DNA from: Burkholderiales bacterium RIFCSPHIGHO2_01_FULL_63_240
Lineage (GTDB): Bacteria > Pseudomonadota > Gammaproteobacteria > Burkholderiales > Burkholderiaceae_C
Length of the DNA stretch: 64,000 nucleotides
Assembly: GCA_001770725.1 (NCBI GenBank)
Contig: MERU01000007.1
Location: 108,924 to 172,923, forward strand
Direction: 5' to 3'
Shown here: positions 49,487 to 59,729 of the stretch, piece by piece
Position numbering within the stretch: the first letter of the stretch is position 1
How the letters are laid out: the number at the start of each line of letters is the position of its first letter
Program-made: the position numbers and the translations under genes
Notes under the pieces: generated by a model
Seen by the model: only the letters and a program-made list of their open reading frames with translations
What the model was told of the DNA's origin: nothing
Databases searched by the model: none

Positions 49487-50230
49487 TGTCCGGGCGCCTC
49501 GGCTGCGCAGGTCGTCCCAGGCCGGCACCAGGGCCAGCACGGCCAGCAGCACCGCCAGGGGCACCGTGGACACATAGCCCACGAATTTGAAGCCATAGGC
49601 CCCGATCACCCCGCCCCCGGTGAAGGCCAGCAGCAGGCCGCCCAGCACGGTCACGCGCTCGAGGCTGGCGCGCACGGGCGCCTCGCCTTCGCGGCGGTTC
49701 CAGTACAGCGCCTTGCCCAGCTCGATGCCCAGGTCGGTGACGATGCCGGTCATGTGGGTGGTGCGGATGACGGCGTTCGACAGCTTGGTCACCACGGCGT
49801 TCTGCAAGCCCATGATGAAGCACAGCAGCACCACGGTGAAGGGCACGAGCAGGCCCTCGAACTCGCTCAGGCGCGAGCCCAGCAGGCCGAAGCACAGGAT
49901 CAGCAGGGCCTCGAGCATCAGGGGCAGTGCGAACTCGCTGCTGAGCTGGCGCCGCCGCGCGAAGTTCACCATCACGGCGCAGCACATGGCCCCGGCCAGG
50001 AAGGACAGCACGCCCACCACGCCATCGACCACCAGGTCGAGGTGCCCGAGCGCCAGGTTGTCGGCCAGCGACGAGACGGTGCCGGTGACGTGCGAGGTGT
50101 ACTGGTGCACCGCCAGGAAGCCCCCGGCGTTGATGGCCCCGGCGACAAAGGCCAGCGTCCAGCCGAGCTGGCGGTTGGCGTGGACGCTGCGGTGGCGGCC
50201 GACGAGGTAGCGGGCGTAGTTCGCGGGCAT
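49478..50230 (-). CDS. YoaK-family (DUF1275) membrane protein
   Basis: AGAINAGGFLAV..YTSHVTG motif and 6 TM helices. Confidence 0.75.
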   Translation of the reverse strand: MPANYARYLVGRHRSVHANRQLGWTLAFVAGAINAGGFLAVHQYTSHVTGTVSSLADNLALGHLDLVVDGVVGVLSFLAGAMCCAVMVNFARRRQLSSEFALPLMLEALLILCFGLLGSRLSEFEGLLVPFTVVLLCFIMGLQNAVVTKLSNAVIRTTHMTGIVTDLGIELGKALYWNRREGEAPVRASLERVTVLGGLLLAFTGGGVIGAYGFKFVGYVSTVPLAVLLAVLALVPAWDDLRSRGARTSG

Positions 50231-50293
50231 GACCGTTCGATGTTAGCGCTGATTGCGCGCTGGGCAGGGCCTGGCTTGGGGCATCATGTCCGC

Positions 50294-50959
50294 ATGCTGC
50301 TGACCCTCATGCGCAGTTTGCGTGCGCGCCCCCGCCTTGGCTTGTCGGCCCTGCTGGGTGTCGGTGTTGCCCTGGCCTGGCCCTGGCTGGGCTTCGAGGC
50401 CCGGGACGTCACGCGCTGGCTGATCGCCTGGAACGTCGGGACGGTGAGCTACCTGGCGCTGACCACGGTCATGATGGTGCGCTCGACGCACGAGGACATC
50501 CACAAGCGGGCCCTGACGCAGGACGAGGGCGCCGCCGTGATCCTGGCCATGGTGGTGCTCGCGGCGCTGGCCAGCCTGGGGGCCATCGTGGCCGAGCTGG
50601 CCGTGGCACGGCACGAAGCCGATCCCTCGCGCTTGCTGCACATCGGCCTGGCGGCCATGACGGTGCTGACCTCCTGGACCTTCACGCAGGTGATGTTCGC
50701 GCTGCACTACGCGCACGAGTACTACCAGTCGCTGCACGCCAACGAGCCACCCGGCCTGGTCTTTCCCGACACGCGGCGCCCCGAGTACTTCGATTTCCTG
50801 TACGTGGCCGCGGTCATCGGCACCTCGGCCCAGACCGCGGACGTGTCCTTCGGCAGCGGCGAGATGCGCCGCGTCGGCCTGGTGCACTGCGTGCTGGCCT
50901 TCTTCTTCAACGCCACCTTGCTGGCGCTGATGGTGAACGTGGGGGCGGCCCTGCTCTGA
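50294..50959 (+). CDS. DUF1345 membrane protein
   Basis: Start MLLTLMRS. Motifs TQVMFALHYAHEYY and FDFLYVAAVIGTSAQTADV. Confidence 0.7.
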   Translation: MLLTLMRSLRARPRLGLSALLGVGVALAWPWLGFEARDVTRWLIAWNVGTVSYLALTTVMMVRSTHEDIHKRALTQDEGAAVILAMVVLAALASLGAIVAELAVARHEADPSRLLHIGLAAMTVLTSWTFTQVMFALHYAHEYYQSLHANEPPGLVFPDTRRPEYFDFLYVAAVIGTSAQTADVSFGSGEMRRVGLVHCVLAFFFNATLLALMVNVGAALL

Positions 50960-50977
50960 GCCGTCGGTGCTGAGCCG

Positions 50978-51685
50978 TCAGTAGCGGTAGCTCATGCCCA
51001 CCGCCACGTGCGGTAGCACGCGCAGCTTGCCCACCTTGTCCTTGAGCTGGCGGGTTTCGATGTCCACGTCTTCCTGGCTGATCAGGCCGGGGTGGTTGTC
51101 CGTCAGGTTCTGCTCGACCGTGACCTTGGGCTTGCCGATGGACACCCCCAGGTCGGCGACGAAGCCGAAACCGGTTTCGCGCGGCTGGTGGCCCCAGCCG
51201 ATGCCGAAGTAGGGCGTCAGGCGCGGGATCTTCACGTGGGCACGGAAGTAGTCGGCCGCCGAGGGGGTGATGGTGGTCTCGTTGACCGTCACCTCGGTGG
51301 CGCCGTCGAAGCGGCTGTCAAGTTTCATCGAGGCGTCGTTGATCGTCAGGCCGGCGGTCAGGCGAAAGCGCCCGCCGAAGGGGCGGTAGTCACCGAACAG
51401 CCCGACGCGGTTGTACTTCATGCGCGCGCGGTAGGGCACATCGGATTCGGTGCGATCGCGCGAGATGCTGCCCGTGGTGCCGGCGTCGATGCGCAGGCCG
51501 AGCTGGTCATTGACCGAGTGGGCGTAGCCCACCACGACGCCGGGCAGGCCGACCTTGACGTAGGACTCGCCGGCCAGCGCGCCAGAAGGCATGGCACACA
51601 GCATCAGGGTCGCCAGGACGCAGGAGGGCGACAGCGGAAGCTGCGGTGGGCGCAGGTTGAACGGACGGCGGCTGGGACGATGCAT
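50978..51685 (-). CDS. Outer-membrane beta-barrel protein
   Basis: Signal-like N-terminus, alternating beta-strand pattern, C-terminal ...VAVGMSYRY. Confidence 0.6.
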   Translation of the reverse strand: MHRPSRRPFNLRPPQLPLSPSCVLATLMLCAMPSGALAGESYVKVGLPGVVVGYAHSVNDQLGLRIDAGTTGSISRDRTESDVPYRARMKYNRVGLFGDYRPFGGRFRLTAGLTINDASMKLDSRFDGATEVTVNETTITPSAADYFRAHVKIPRLTPYFGIGWGHQPRETGFGFVADLGVSIGKPKVTVEQNLTDNHPGLISQEDVDIETRQLKDKVGKLRVLPHVAVGMSYRY

Positions 51686-51817
51686 GGTGGCTCCTCGGCG
51701 AGGCAGCCTGCATTTCCCTTCGGGGGCCGATTTGGCAAATCGGAGGGAAGACAGGCCACACGCCTCGTCTTCGGTCGGCCGGCTCCGACCTTGACCACCG
51801 ATGTGTGTGCAGCTGTA

Positions 51818-52084
51818 TCAGCGCTTGCGCTGGCCGGGGGTGAAACCCGGGGTGGGGCCGCGGTTCTCGATGTGGCGGTAGGTGATGCGGCCCTTGCTCA
51901 GGTCATAGGGCGACATCTCCAGCGACACCTTGTCACCAGCGAGGATGCGGATGTGGTTCTTGCGCATCTTGCCGCCGGAGTAGGCGATCAGCGTGTGGCC
52001 GTTGTCGAGGGTGACGCGAAAGCGCGAGTCGGGCAGCACTTCATCGACCTTGCCGCTCATTTCAATCAGTTCTTCTTTGGCCAA
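51818..52084 (-). CDS. infA: Translation initiation factor IF-1 paralogue with a 16-aa C-terminal extension
   Basis: [70 protein letters not shown] plus the tail [18 protein letters not shown]. Confidence 0.9.
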   Translation of the reverse strand: MAKEELIEMSGKVDEVLPDSRFRVTLDNGHTLIAYSGGKMRKNHIRILAGDKVSLEMSPYDLSKGRITYRHIENRGPTPGFTPGQRKR

Positions 52085-52352
52085 GGTGACTCCTGTGAGG
52101 GCTTGGTGGGTTAAAAGAGTTTAAAAGAGGTCATTCGGGCAACCTGCGATTCTACCCTTGGGCCCCTGGGAAGTCGATCACCCGAACCACCCAGGGCCAA
52201 GGGGGCTTCCCCTGGCTTCGTTCGATGAATTTGAAGGCCGGGTGCGAAGGCCTCGAACCTGGGCGAGGGGGTTCTCGGCCATGATGGGCCCATCCCAACC
52301 CGCTGCGAACCGCCGCCGCCGCCCCTGCCGGGCGCCCCCTGTGGAGACCTCC

Positions 52353-52772
52353 ATGACCATCGAAGCCACCCTGCACCGCGCCCACGGCGCCCTGACCACG
52401 CTGAGCAACGGCCGCCACGCCTGGCTGGCCGACGTCAACAAGACCCTGGGCTCGGGCGACCAGGCTCCCGACCCCCACGACCTGCTGGACTCGGCCCTGG
52501 CGGCCTGCACGGCGCTGACGCTGGAGCTCTACATCCGCCGCCGCCAGCTGCCCGTCACCGACCTGAAGGTGCGCGTCGAGCACACCGAGTCGCGGGGAGA
52601 GGACGGCCGGGTGCACTACCAGCTCGAGCGCACCGTGGGCATCGAGGGCGACATCGGCGATGCCGACCGCGCCAAATTGCTCGAAATCGCCAACAAGTGC
52701 CCCATCCACCGCATCCTGGAGGGCAACATCGAGGTGCGGACGGCGCTGGCCGAGCCCGGGGTGTCCGCATGA
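52353..52772 (+). CDS. OsmC-family peroxiredoxin-like protein
   Basis: Start MTIEAT follows GGAGA. OsmC motifs (DPHDLLDSALAACTALT, ANKCPIH). Confidence 0.8.
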   Translation: MTIEATLHRAHGALTTLSNGRHAWLADVNKTLGSGDQAPDPHDLLDSALAACTALTLELYIRRRQLPVTDLKVRVEHTESRGEDGRVHYQLERTVGIEGDIGDADRAKLLEIANKCPIHRILEGNIEVRTALAEPGVSA

Positions 52773-53686
52773 GCGCGCCGGGCGGGCCGTCCCGCATCAC
52801 CCGCCTGAGCGGCCGCGAGACCACGCTGGCAGGCGCCCTGACGGTGCGCCGGGTGCTGCCCGCGGCGGCCCAGCGCTCGGTCGGACCGTTCATCTTTTTT
52901 GATCATTTCGGGCCCGTGACCCTGCCGCCCGAGGTCGACACCGACGTCGGTGGTCACCCGCACATCGGCCTGGCCACGGTGAGCTACCTCTTCGAGGGCG
53001 GCTTCCTGCACAGCGACAGCCTGGGCACGGTGCAGACCATCGCGCCGGGTGCCATCAACTGGATGGTGGCGGGCCGGGGCGTGGTGCACAGCGAGCGCGT
53101 GCCCGAGGCCGAACGCGGCCACCCGCGCCGCCTGCACGGCCTGCAGCTGTGGGTCGCGCTGCCGCCGGAGCTGGCGCAGTGCGAGCCCTCGTTCCAGCAC
53201 GTGGCGGCAGCCGATTTGCCCCATGTGTCGCTGGACAGCGGCGAGGCGGGCCGGGTGTCCGTGCGCGTGCTGGTCGGTGAGGCCTTTGGCGTGCGCAGCC
53301 CGGTTCGCACCGCTTCGCCCACGCTCTACCTGGACATCACCCTGCCGCCGGGGGCGAGCTGGACGCTGCCACCGCTGGCCGATGAGCAGGCGATCTTCAG
53401 CCCCGAGCACGCACTCACCGTGGACGACGAGGCGCTGGCGCCCCGCGACATGGCCGTGCTGCCTGCGGGTGAAGCGGTGTCCCTGCAGGCCGGCGCCGAA
53501 GGGGCGCGCCTGGTCCTGGTCGGCGGCCAGCCACTGGCCCAGCCGGTGCGCATGTGGTGGAACTTCGTGTCCACCGACCCGGCGCTGATCGAGAAGGCGG
53601 CGGCCGACTGGGCGGCGGGGGGCTTCGATCCCATCCCGGGCGAAACCGACCGCATCCCCGCGCCGCCCTGGCGGGTCAGAGCTTGA
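52769..53686 (+). CDS. Pirin-family protein
   Basis: ATGA overlap with osmC. Cupin motif GPFIFFDHFGP...GGHPHIGLATVSY. Confidence 0.85.
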   Translation: MSAPGGPSRITRLSGRETTLAGALTVRRVLPAAAQRSVGPFIFFDHFGPVTLPPEVDTDVGGHPHIGLATVSYLFEGGFLHSDSLGTVQTIAPGAINWMVAGRGVVHSERVPEAERGHPRRLHGLQLWVALPPELAQCEPSFQHVAAADLPHVSLDSGEAGRVSVRVLVGEAFGVRSPVRTASPTLYLDITLPPGASWTLPPLADEQAIFSPEHALTVDDEALAPRDMAVLPAGEAVSLQAGAEGARLVLVGGQPLAQPVRMWWNFVSTDPALIEKAAADWAAGGFDPIPGETDRIPAPPWRVRA

Positions 53687-54485
53687 AGTCGTAGTCGATG
53701 GTCAGCGGCGCGTGGTCGCTGAACCACTGGTCCTTGTAGACGGCGGCGGCCCTGGCGGTTTCGGCCAGGGCCGGGGTGGCCAGGTGGTAGTCGATGCGCC
53801 AGCCCACGTTCTTGGCGCGGGCCTGGCCCCGGTTGCTCCACCACGTGTAGCACTCGTCGGTGGTCTCGGGGTGCAGGCCGCGGTAGACGTCGACCAGGCG
53901 GGTGGCGCCGTCGGCCGCCAGCAGCTTGGTCATCCAGGCGCGCTCTTCGGGCAGGAAGCCGGAGTTCTTGAGGTTGCCCTTCCAGTTCTTGAGGTCCCGT
54001 TCCTGGTGGGCGATGTTGACGTCGCCGACCAGGATGAACTCGCGCTCGCCGCGCAGGCGTGCCAGGTGGGGCTCGATCACGTCCAGGAAGCGGAACTTGG
54101 CTTCCTGGCGCTCTTCGCTGCTGGAGCCCGAGGGGAAGTAGCAGCTGATGACCGAGAGCTTGCGGCCGGGTTTGTCAAATCGCATCTCGACATAGCGGCC
54201 CTCGGCGTCGAACTCGCCATTGTCCGAACTGCCCAGGCCCACGATCACGTCGGAGGGCTCGGTGCGGCTGTAGAGCCCCACGCCCGAATACCCCTTCTTT
54301 TCAGCATGGTGGAATTGACCCGGCATGCTGCCCACATTTCGAAGTTCGGGGGTCAGGTCACCGGCCTGGGCCTTGAGTTCCTGCACGCCCATACAATCGG
54401 CGCCGTGGCTTTCAGCCCACTGCAACATGCCCTTGTTGGCCGCCGAACGGATGCCATTGAGGTTGAAAGAGACCAGTCGAAACAC
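53676..54485 (-). CDS. xthA: Exodeoxyribonuclease III
   Basis: MFRLVSFNLNGIRSA, QELK, and SDHAPL at the C-terminus. Confidence 0.9.
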   Translation of the reverse strand: MFRLVSFNLNGIRSAANKGMLQWAESHGADCMGVQELKAQAGDLTPELRNVGSMPGQFHHAEKKGYSGVGLYSRTEPSDVIVGLGSSDNGEFDAEGRYVEMRFDKPGRKLSVISCYFPSGSSSEERQEAKFRFLDVIEPHLARLRGEREFILVGDVNIAHQERDLKNWKGNLKNSGFLPEERAWMTKLLAADGATRLVDVYRGLHPETTDECYTWWSNRGQARAKNVGWRIDYHLATPALAETARAAAVYKDQWFSDHAPLTIDYDFKL

Positions 54486-54499
54486 AGCGCACCACCATC

Positions 54500-55177
54500 A
54501 TGAGCAACGCCCCCGCACAAGACACCCTGGCCCAGGATTTCGTGGCCTTCGCCGTTGAATCCAGGGTGCTGCGCTTCGGGGAGTTCAAAACCAAGGCAGG
54601 CCGGCTGTCGCCTTATTTCTTCAACGCCGGCCTGTTCGATGACGGCGCCAAGCTGGGCCGCCTGGCCGAATTCTATGCACGCCGGCTGATCGCGTCCGGC
54701 CTGCAGTTCGACATGCTGTTCGGCCCGGCCTACAAGGGCATCACCCTGGCCGCCGCCGTGTCCATCGAGCTGGCCCGCCTGGGCCACAACAAGCCGTTTG
54801 CCTACAACCGCAAGGAAGCCAAGGACCACGGCGAGGGCGGCACCCTGGTGGGCGCGCCCGTGCAGGGCCGCGTGCTCATCATCGACGACGTGATCTCGGC
54901 CGGCACCTCGGTGCGCGAGTCCATCGAGATGATCAAGGCCGCCGGCGCCACCCCTTGCGGCGTGACCATCGCCCTGGACCGCCAGGAAAAGGCGACCGCC
55001 AACGGGCAGGACGCCGCAGAGAGCGCCGTGCAACAGGTGCAGGGCCAGTACGGCCTGCCGGTGGTGGCCATTGCCACGCTGACCGACCTCATGGGCTTCC
55101 TGGACGTGCAGTCCGACGCAGCCCTGGTGGCGGCCCGCCCGGCCGTGCAGGCTTACCGTCAACGCTACGGCGTCTGA
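54500..55177 (+). CDS. pyrE: Orotate phosphoribosyltransferase
   Basis: PRPP-binding VLIIDDVISAGTS. Typical PyrE length. Confidence 0.9.
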   Translation: MSNAPAQDTLAQDFVAFAVESRVLRFGEFKTKAGRLSPYFFNAGLFDDGAKLGRLAEFYARRLIASGLQFDMLFGPAYKGITLAAAVSIELARLGHNKPFAYNRKEAKDHGEGGTLVGAPVQGRVLIIDDVISAGTSVRESIEMIKAAGATPCGVTIALDRQEKATANGQDAAESAVQQVQGQYGLPVVAIATLTDLMGFLDVQSDAALVAARPAVQAYRQRYGV

Positions 55178-55334
55178 GACGTTTTATGATGAACGATGTG
55201 AATGGGCCTGCTGTCAGATGGCCGCGCCGATGCCCGTTCACCTTCGCCCGCCAATGACCACGCCTGACGCCCACGCCACTTCGCCGCAGCCGACCCCTCC
55301 AGGGCACCGAAGGGTGCGCCCTGTCGCCGTGCCC

Positions 55335-55982
55335 ATGGTGATGGCGCGGGCCGTGCTCGCGGCGCTGTGCGGAGGTCTGATCTGGGGCAGCGCCATGGGC
55401 TCGACCCAGACGCAGGTCGGCGGCATCTACAGCTGCATCGACGCCCAGGGCAAGCGGCACACGTCCGATCGCCCCATCCCCGAGTGCCTGGACCGCGAGC
55501 AGCGCCTGCTCAACCGCGATGGCTCCGAGCGCCGCACCGTGCCGCCTCGCATGAACGCCGAGGAGCGGGCCCTGGCCGAAGAGCGCAAGCGCCTGCAGGA
55601 GCAGGCCGCCGCGGCCCAGAAGGACGCCGTGCGCCGGGACCGCAACCTGATGATGCGCTTCCCCGATGAGCCGGCGCACACCAAGGCGCGCGAAGCCGCC
55701 CTGGACGACCTGCGACGGGCCATCGTGGTCTCCGAGCGGCGCCTCAAGGACCTGGAGGAAGAGCGCAAGCCCCTCGTCGCGGAAACCGAGTTCTACAAGG
55801 GCCGCAAACTGCCCTTCAAGCTCAAGTCCAAGCTCGAGGCCAACGACGCCCAGCAACAGGCTCAGCGCGACATCATCCAGAACCAGCAGGCCGAGCTGGT
55901 GCGGGTCAACGCCCTGTATGACGCCGAGCTGGCCCGCCTCAAGCGCCTGTGGCATGGCGCGGCGCCGGGCGCGGCCGACTGA
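55335..55982 (+). CDS. DUF4124 domain protein with a coiled-coil tail
   Basis: Signal peptide, then IYSCIDAQGKRHTSDRPIPEC (DUF4124 motif). The start is uncertain (ORF opens at 55218). Confidence 0.65.
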   Translation: MVMARAVLAALCGGLIWGSAMGSTQTQVGGIYSCIDAQGKRHTSDRPIPECLDREQRLLNRDGSERRTVPPRMNAEERALAEERKRLQEQAAAAQKDAVRRDRNLMMRFPDEPAHTKAREAALDDLRRAIVVSERRLKDLEEERKPLVAETEFYKGRKLPFKLKSKLEANDAQQQAQRDIIQNQQAELVRVNALYDAELARLKRLWHGAAPGAAD

Positions 55983-55997
55983 CCCAGCCCTCGTGGC

Positions 55998-58325
55998 TCA
56001 CAGGTCGAACGACACCTCTGCCGAGTAGCTGCGCTGCGGGTAGGGGTGGAAGTTCCAGTGCTTCCTGTTGGTCAGGTTGTCGATGCCGAACGAGGCGCTC
56101 CACTGCTTGTCGAAGCGGTGACGCACGCGCAGGTCCACCGTGGTGAACTGGCTCACGCCCATGTAGGTCTGGCCGTTGACGTCGGCGTTGTTGAGCGTGC
56201 GGTACTGCTTGCCGCTGTGGCGCAGACCGAGCGAGGCGCTCCACTGGTCGTCGAAACGGTAGCTGCCCAGCAGGGTGGCACGCCAGCGCGGGATGTTGGG
56301 CTGCCAGCGGCCATCGGTGTCGCCTGGGGTGCTCACGAAACCGCGGTTGGACGTGATCTTCGAGTCGGTGTAGGTGAGGCTGGCCTGCAGGTCGAAGCCC
56401 TTGACGAGCAGGTCTTCGGAGGTCAGCGCGGCTTCCAGGCCCGAGGTGGCGATGCGGTCGACGTTCTGCACGCGCGAGATGTTCTTGTTGGCGCCGGCGT
56501 CGTAGAGGGTCTGCGAGTACAGCGCGTCGCGGGTGCGCTCGGTGAACCAGGTCAGGCGGGCCAGGGCCGGGCCCAGGTCCTTCTCGGCGGTCAGCTCGGT
56601 GGTGAGTGAACGCTCGGGGCGCAGGTTCGGGTCGTTGATGTACTGCGAATTGGTGGTGGACGTGGCGCCGTACAGCTCCTGCACCGTGGGCATGCGGACC
56701 GCGCGCCCGACCGATGCCTTGAGCACGGTGTCGTCCAGCCATTGCCAAGAGAGGGCGCCCTTGGGCGAGTACCAGGTCTCGCGCCGTGAGGGGTGGTTCA
56801 GCTGGCTGCTGGCCGAGAAGTTCGTCTTGCCGTCGGCGGCTTGCCACTGCTGGGCGCGCAGGCCCAGCACGGTTTTCCAGCGAGGGGCGATCTTCCAGGT
56901 GTCCTGCGCGTAGAGGCTTTGCAGCTGGGTGCGCCCGCCGACTTTCGAGGCGAGGGGGCCGGTGCTGTCGTGCAGGTAGTCCCCGCTCAGCGTGGTGGTC
57001 TGGTAGCGCAGTTGGTAGGTGTCGAGCTGGTAGCCGAAGTCGATCACGTGGGCGCTGCGGGCCCGGTCGGGACGCCAGGTGCCCTTGAGCGCGAGGTTGC
57101 GCCAGCCGGTGCCGCTGCCATCGGCCAGGGTGCCCGCGCCGCCGGTCAACGATGCCGGGTAGGCGCCGGTGCTCTGGCGTTTGTCGTCGCGCAGGTAGTC
57201 GTAGGCGCTGGCGGCCACTTCCCAGTCCCATTCGCCTTTGGTGTGCTGCTTGAGCGAGAAGCCGTGCATGACGTGCAGCAAGCGCTCGCGGGTGACGGAG
57301 AAGTCGCTGTTGGACAGGGCGAAGGAGCGCCCATCGATGTTGACGGTGCCGGTGGTCACGGTGTTGCCGTTGGCGTCGCGCAGGTAAGAGCGCGGGTTGC
57401 CGTCGGAGGTGTTTTGCCACAGGCCGAGCAGGTAACTGGCGCGCAGGGTCGAGCTGATGTCGTAAGCGAGCTTGACCTTGATGTGGTCCTGCACGGTGTC
57501 GTACTGCGTGCCAGAGCCCAGGATGTACCAGGGCTTGTTTTCGCTGTTGGCGTCGAGTCGGGCGCCGGTCACGGGGGTGCCGGCGTTGCCGACCGTGCCG
57601 GCGCTCACCAGGCGGTTGGCGAAGGTCTGTGGCTGGCCGCTGCTGTCGGTGTGGTTGGCGCTGAGCCACCAGGACCAGTCGCCAGATCGGTTGCCCACCG
57701 ACATGCTGGTCTGCCAGGCCCGGTAGGTGGTGTCGGTGCCGTAGAGCTTGAAGGGCTGGGCGGTGTAGCCGGCCTTGGCGTGCACCTCGAAGCGCTTGGG
57801 CATGCGGGTGACGTAGTCGACCACGGCGCCCACCGAGTTGCCCGGGTAGGTGGCCGAGAAGGGGCCGTACATCACGTCGGCGCGTTCGATCTCGTGGGGG
57901 CTGACCATGCCCCAGCGCGGCGGGAAGGACAGCCCGCCCACGCCGTTGCCCAGGAAGTTCGACAGCAGGATGCCGTCGGCGTAGACGGCCGAGCGCGCGC
58001 TGTTGCCGGTGCCCGAGGCGCGGCTGGAGAGGATGGCGTGGTTGTAGTCGCCGATGTAGCGCTTGCGCACCAGCAGGCTGGGGAAGTACTTGAGCACGTC
58101 TTCGCTGTCGGTGGCGTTGACGGTGCGCGCGATCTCGTCACGGGTGATGCCGTGCGTGGTGGTGGGGATCTGCGTGGGCAGCGAGGTGGGGCGCGAGGCG
58201 GTCACGGAGATGACGCCGAGCTCCTTGGTGTGGGTGTTGTCGTCTGAGGGCGAAGAGGCGCCTTGGGAGAGGGCGATGGCGGGGTGGGCGAGCGCGATGG
58301 CCGCCGCGATGAGTGATTTCTGCAT
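55998..58325 (-). CDS. TonB-dependent outer-membrane receptor
   Basis: Signal peptide, plug domain (DSEDVLKYFPSLLVRKR), barrel, and terminal F. Confidence 0.9.
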   Translation of the reverse strand: MQKSLIAAAIALAHPAIALSQGASSPSDDNTHTKELGVISVTASRPTSLPTQIPTTTHGITRDEIARTVNATDSEDVLKYFPSLLVRKRYIGDYNHAILSSRASGTGNSARSAVYADGILLSNFLGNGVGGLSFPPRWGMVSPHEIERADVMYGPFSATYPGNSVGAVVDYVTRMPKRFEVHAKAGYTAQPFKLYGTDTTYRAWQTSMSVGNRSGDWSWWLSANHTDSSGQPQTFANRLVSAGTVGNAGTPVTGARLDANSENKPWYILGSGTQYDTVQDHIKVKLAYDISSTLRASYLLGLWQNTSDGNPRSYLRDANGNTVTTGTVNIDGRSFALSNSDFSVTRERLLHVMHGFSLKQHTKGEWDWEVAASAYDYLRDDKRQSTGAYPASLTGGAGTLADGSGTGWRNLALKGTWRPDRARSAHVIDFGYQLDTYQLRYQTTTLSGDYLHDSTGPLASKVGGRTQLQSLYAQDTWKIAPRWKTVLGLRAQQWQAADGKTNFSASSQLNHPSRRETWYSPKGALSWQWLDDTVLKASVGRAVRMPTVQELYGATSTTNSQYINDPNLRPERSLTTELTAEKDLGPALARLTWFTERTRDALYSQTLYDAGANKNISRVQNVDRIATSGLEAALTSEDLLVKGFDLQASLTYTDSKITSNRGFVSTPGDTDGRWQPNIPRWRATLLGSYRFDDQWSASLGLRHSGKQYRTLNNADVNGQTYMGVSQFTTVDLRVRHRFDKQWSASFGIDNLTNRKHWNFHPYPQRSYSAEVSFDL

Positions 58326-58487
58326 GGTGGAGCGGGCCGCTGCGCGGGCAGGCGTCGGGGCCCATGGGGGGCCGAGCCTGCTCGCGTGTGCGGCGATGCG
58401 CGTCGTGGCGCGCGTGGGTGCGGGTCGGGCCTGCCGCCGGTGGTGGCGGCCAGGCGCGTCTGAGGCGTCGCGCGAGGCGACGGGGGC

Positions 58488-58871
58488 TCAGCTCAACCGG
58501 GGCGGGGCCCTGGAGGGGGCATGCCGCCACACGTGCCCGGTGCTGGGGGCCTGCAGGAAGGCCTGCGGCTCCATGAAGGCGGGCAGGACATCGCGGGGGA
58601 TGCCCGGGGCGTGTGGGGCGGGAGGCAGGGTGTCCGCGTGCAGGGCGCAGTAGGGGCAGTGGGCGTTCAGGTGCCCCATGCCTTCATGGGAGCCTGGGCG
58701 GCCTTGCTCGGTGGTGGCGCCGGCCAGCGACGCGGTGCGGCAGACGTTGACCCAGGCCGCGTAGTTCTCGCCGCGCATCACCGACGAGATCGCCGGGGCG
58801 AGCGCGAGCATCAGGATCGCCACCACGGCGACCCAGCAGATGCTTCGCAATGAAACGGCGCGCCGGTGCAT
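58488..58871 (-). CDS. DUF2946-like small membrane/periplasmic protein upstream of the receptor
   Basis: Start MHRRAV at 58871. One TM helix and a HCPYCALH Cys/His motif. Confidence 0.65.
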   Translation of the reverse strand: MHRRAVSLRSICWVAVVAILMLALAPAISSVMRGENYAAWVNVCRTASLAGATTEQGRPGSHEGMGHLNAHCPYCALHADTLPPAPHAPGIPRDVLPAFMEPQAFLQAPSTGHVWRHAPSRAPPRLS

Positions 58872-59015
58872 GCCTGTCAGTGTAAAGACAGTTTCGAGGG
58901 GGCTTAGCAAGTTTTTAGGGTTTCGCTAGCCAAGTCTTAGCAACGCGCATCGGGCCGTTTCCTGACACTGAAAACCTGTTCTCGCAACACGTTTCACATC
59001 AACAGGAGTGACCCC

Positions 59016-59720
59016 ATGAACGCCCCCCGACTCGACCTCTACGCACCCATCCACAAGGCCCTGCGCGCCTGGATGTTCGACACCATCGTGGCCGTCGGCC
59101 GCATCGACGGCCGCGACGAGCCGGCCCTGAAGGCCACGCTGCGCAAGGTCGAGGGCCTGCTGACCATCTGCGCCTCGCACATCGAACACGAGCACGATTT
59201 CCTGCACCGGGCGATGGAGCGGCACATGCCCGGCTCGGCCCGCGAGGCCGACCTGGGGCACCAGGCCCACCACCGGCAGATGACCCGCCTGCGTGGCCTG
59301 GTGGCGCAGGTGCAGGACGCCGAGGCCGCGGTGCGCTTTCCGCTGCTGATGACGCTCTACCGCGAGCTGGCCATGTTCGTGGCCGAGAACCTCACCCACA
59401 TGCAATGGGAAGAGACCGTGCACAACGAGGCCCTGTGGGCGCGCCACACCGATGCGCAGCTCGACGCCATCCACGACGAGCTGGTGCAGAGCATCCCCCC
59501 TCAGGAGATGGCCGAGGTGCTGCGCCACATGCTGCCTGCGCTGTCGCCGCTGGAGCGGCACGGCATGCTCGCGGACATGCGCGGCAAGATGCCACCGCAG
59601 GCCTTCGAAGGCGTGCTGCAGCTGGCCCACGAGGTGCTGGGCCCCCACTGCTGGGCGGACCTGCAGCGCGCCTTGGGCCTGCAACTCGAGCTGCCCGCCG
59701 GGCGCGCGATGGCCTGCTGA
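59016..59720 (+). CDS. Hemerythrin-like (HHE cation-binding) domain protein
   Basis: AGGAG RBS. His/Glu-rich helices (IHKALRAWMFD, SHIEHEHDFLH, LTHMQWEE). Confidence 0.6.
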   Translation: MNAPRLDLYAPIHKALRAWMFDTIVAVGRIDGRDEPALKATLRKVEGLLTICASHIEHEHDFLHRAMERHMPGSAREADLGHQAHHRQMTRLRGLVAQVQDAEAAVRFPLLMTLYRELAMFVAENLTHMQWEETVHNEALWARHTDAQLDAIHDELVQSIPPQEMAEVLRHMLPALSPLERHGMLADMRGKMPPQAFEGVLQLAHEVLGPHCWADLQRALGLQLELPAGRAMAC

Positions 59721-59729
59721 AACAGCGCC

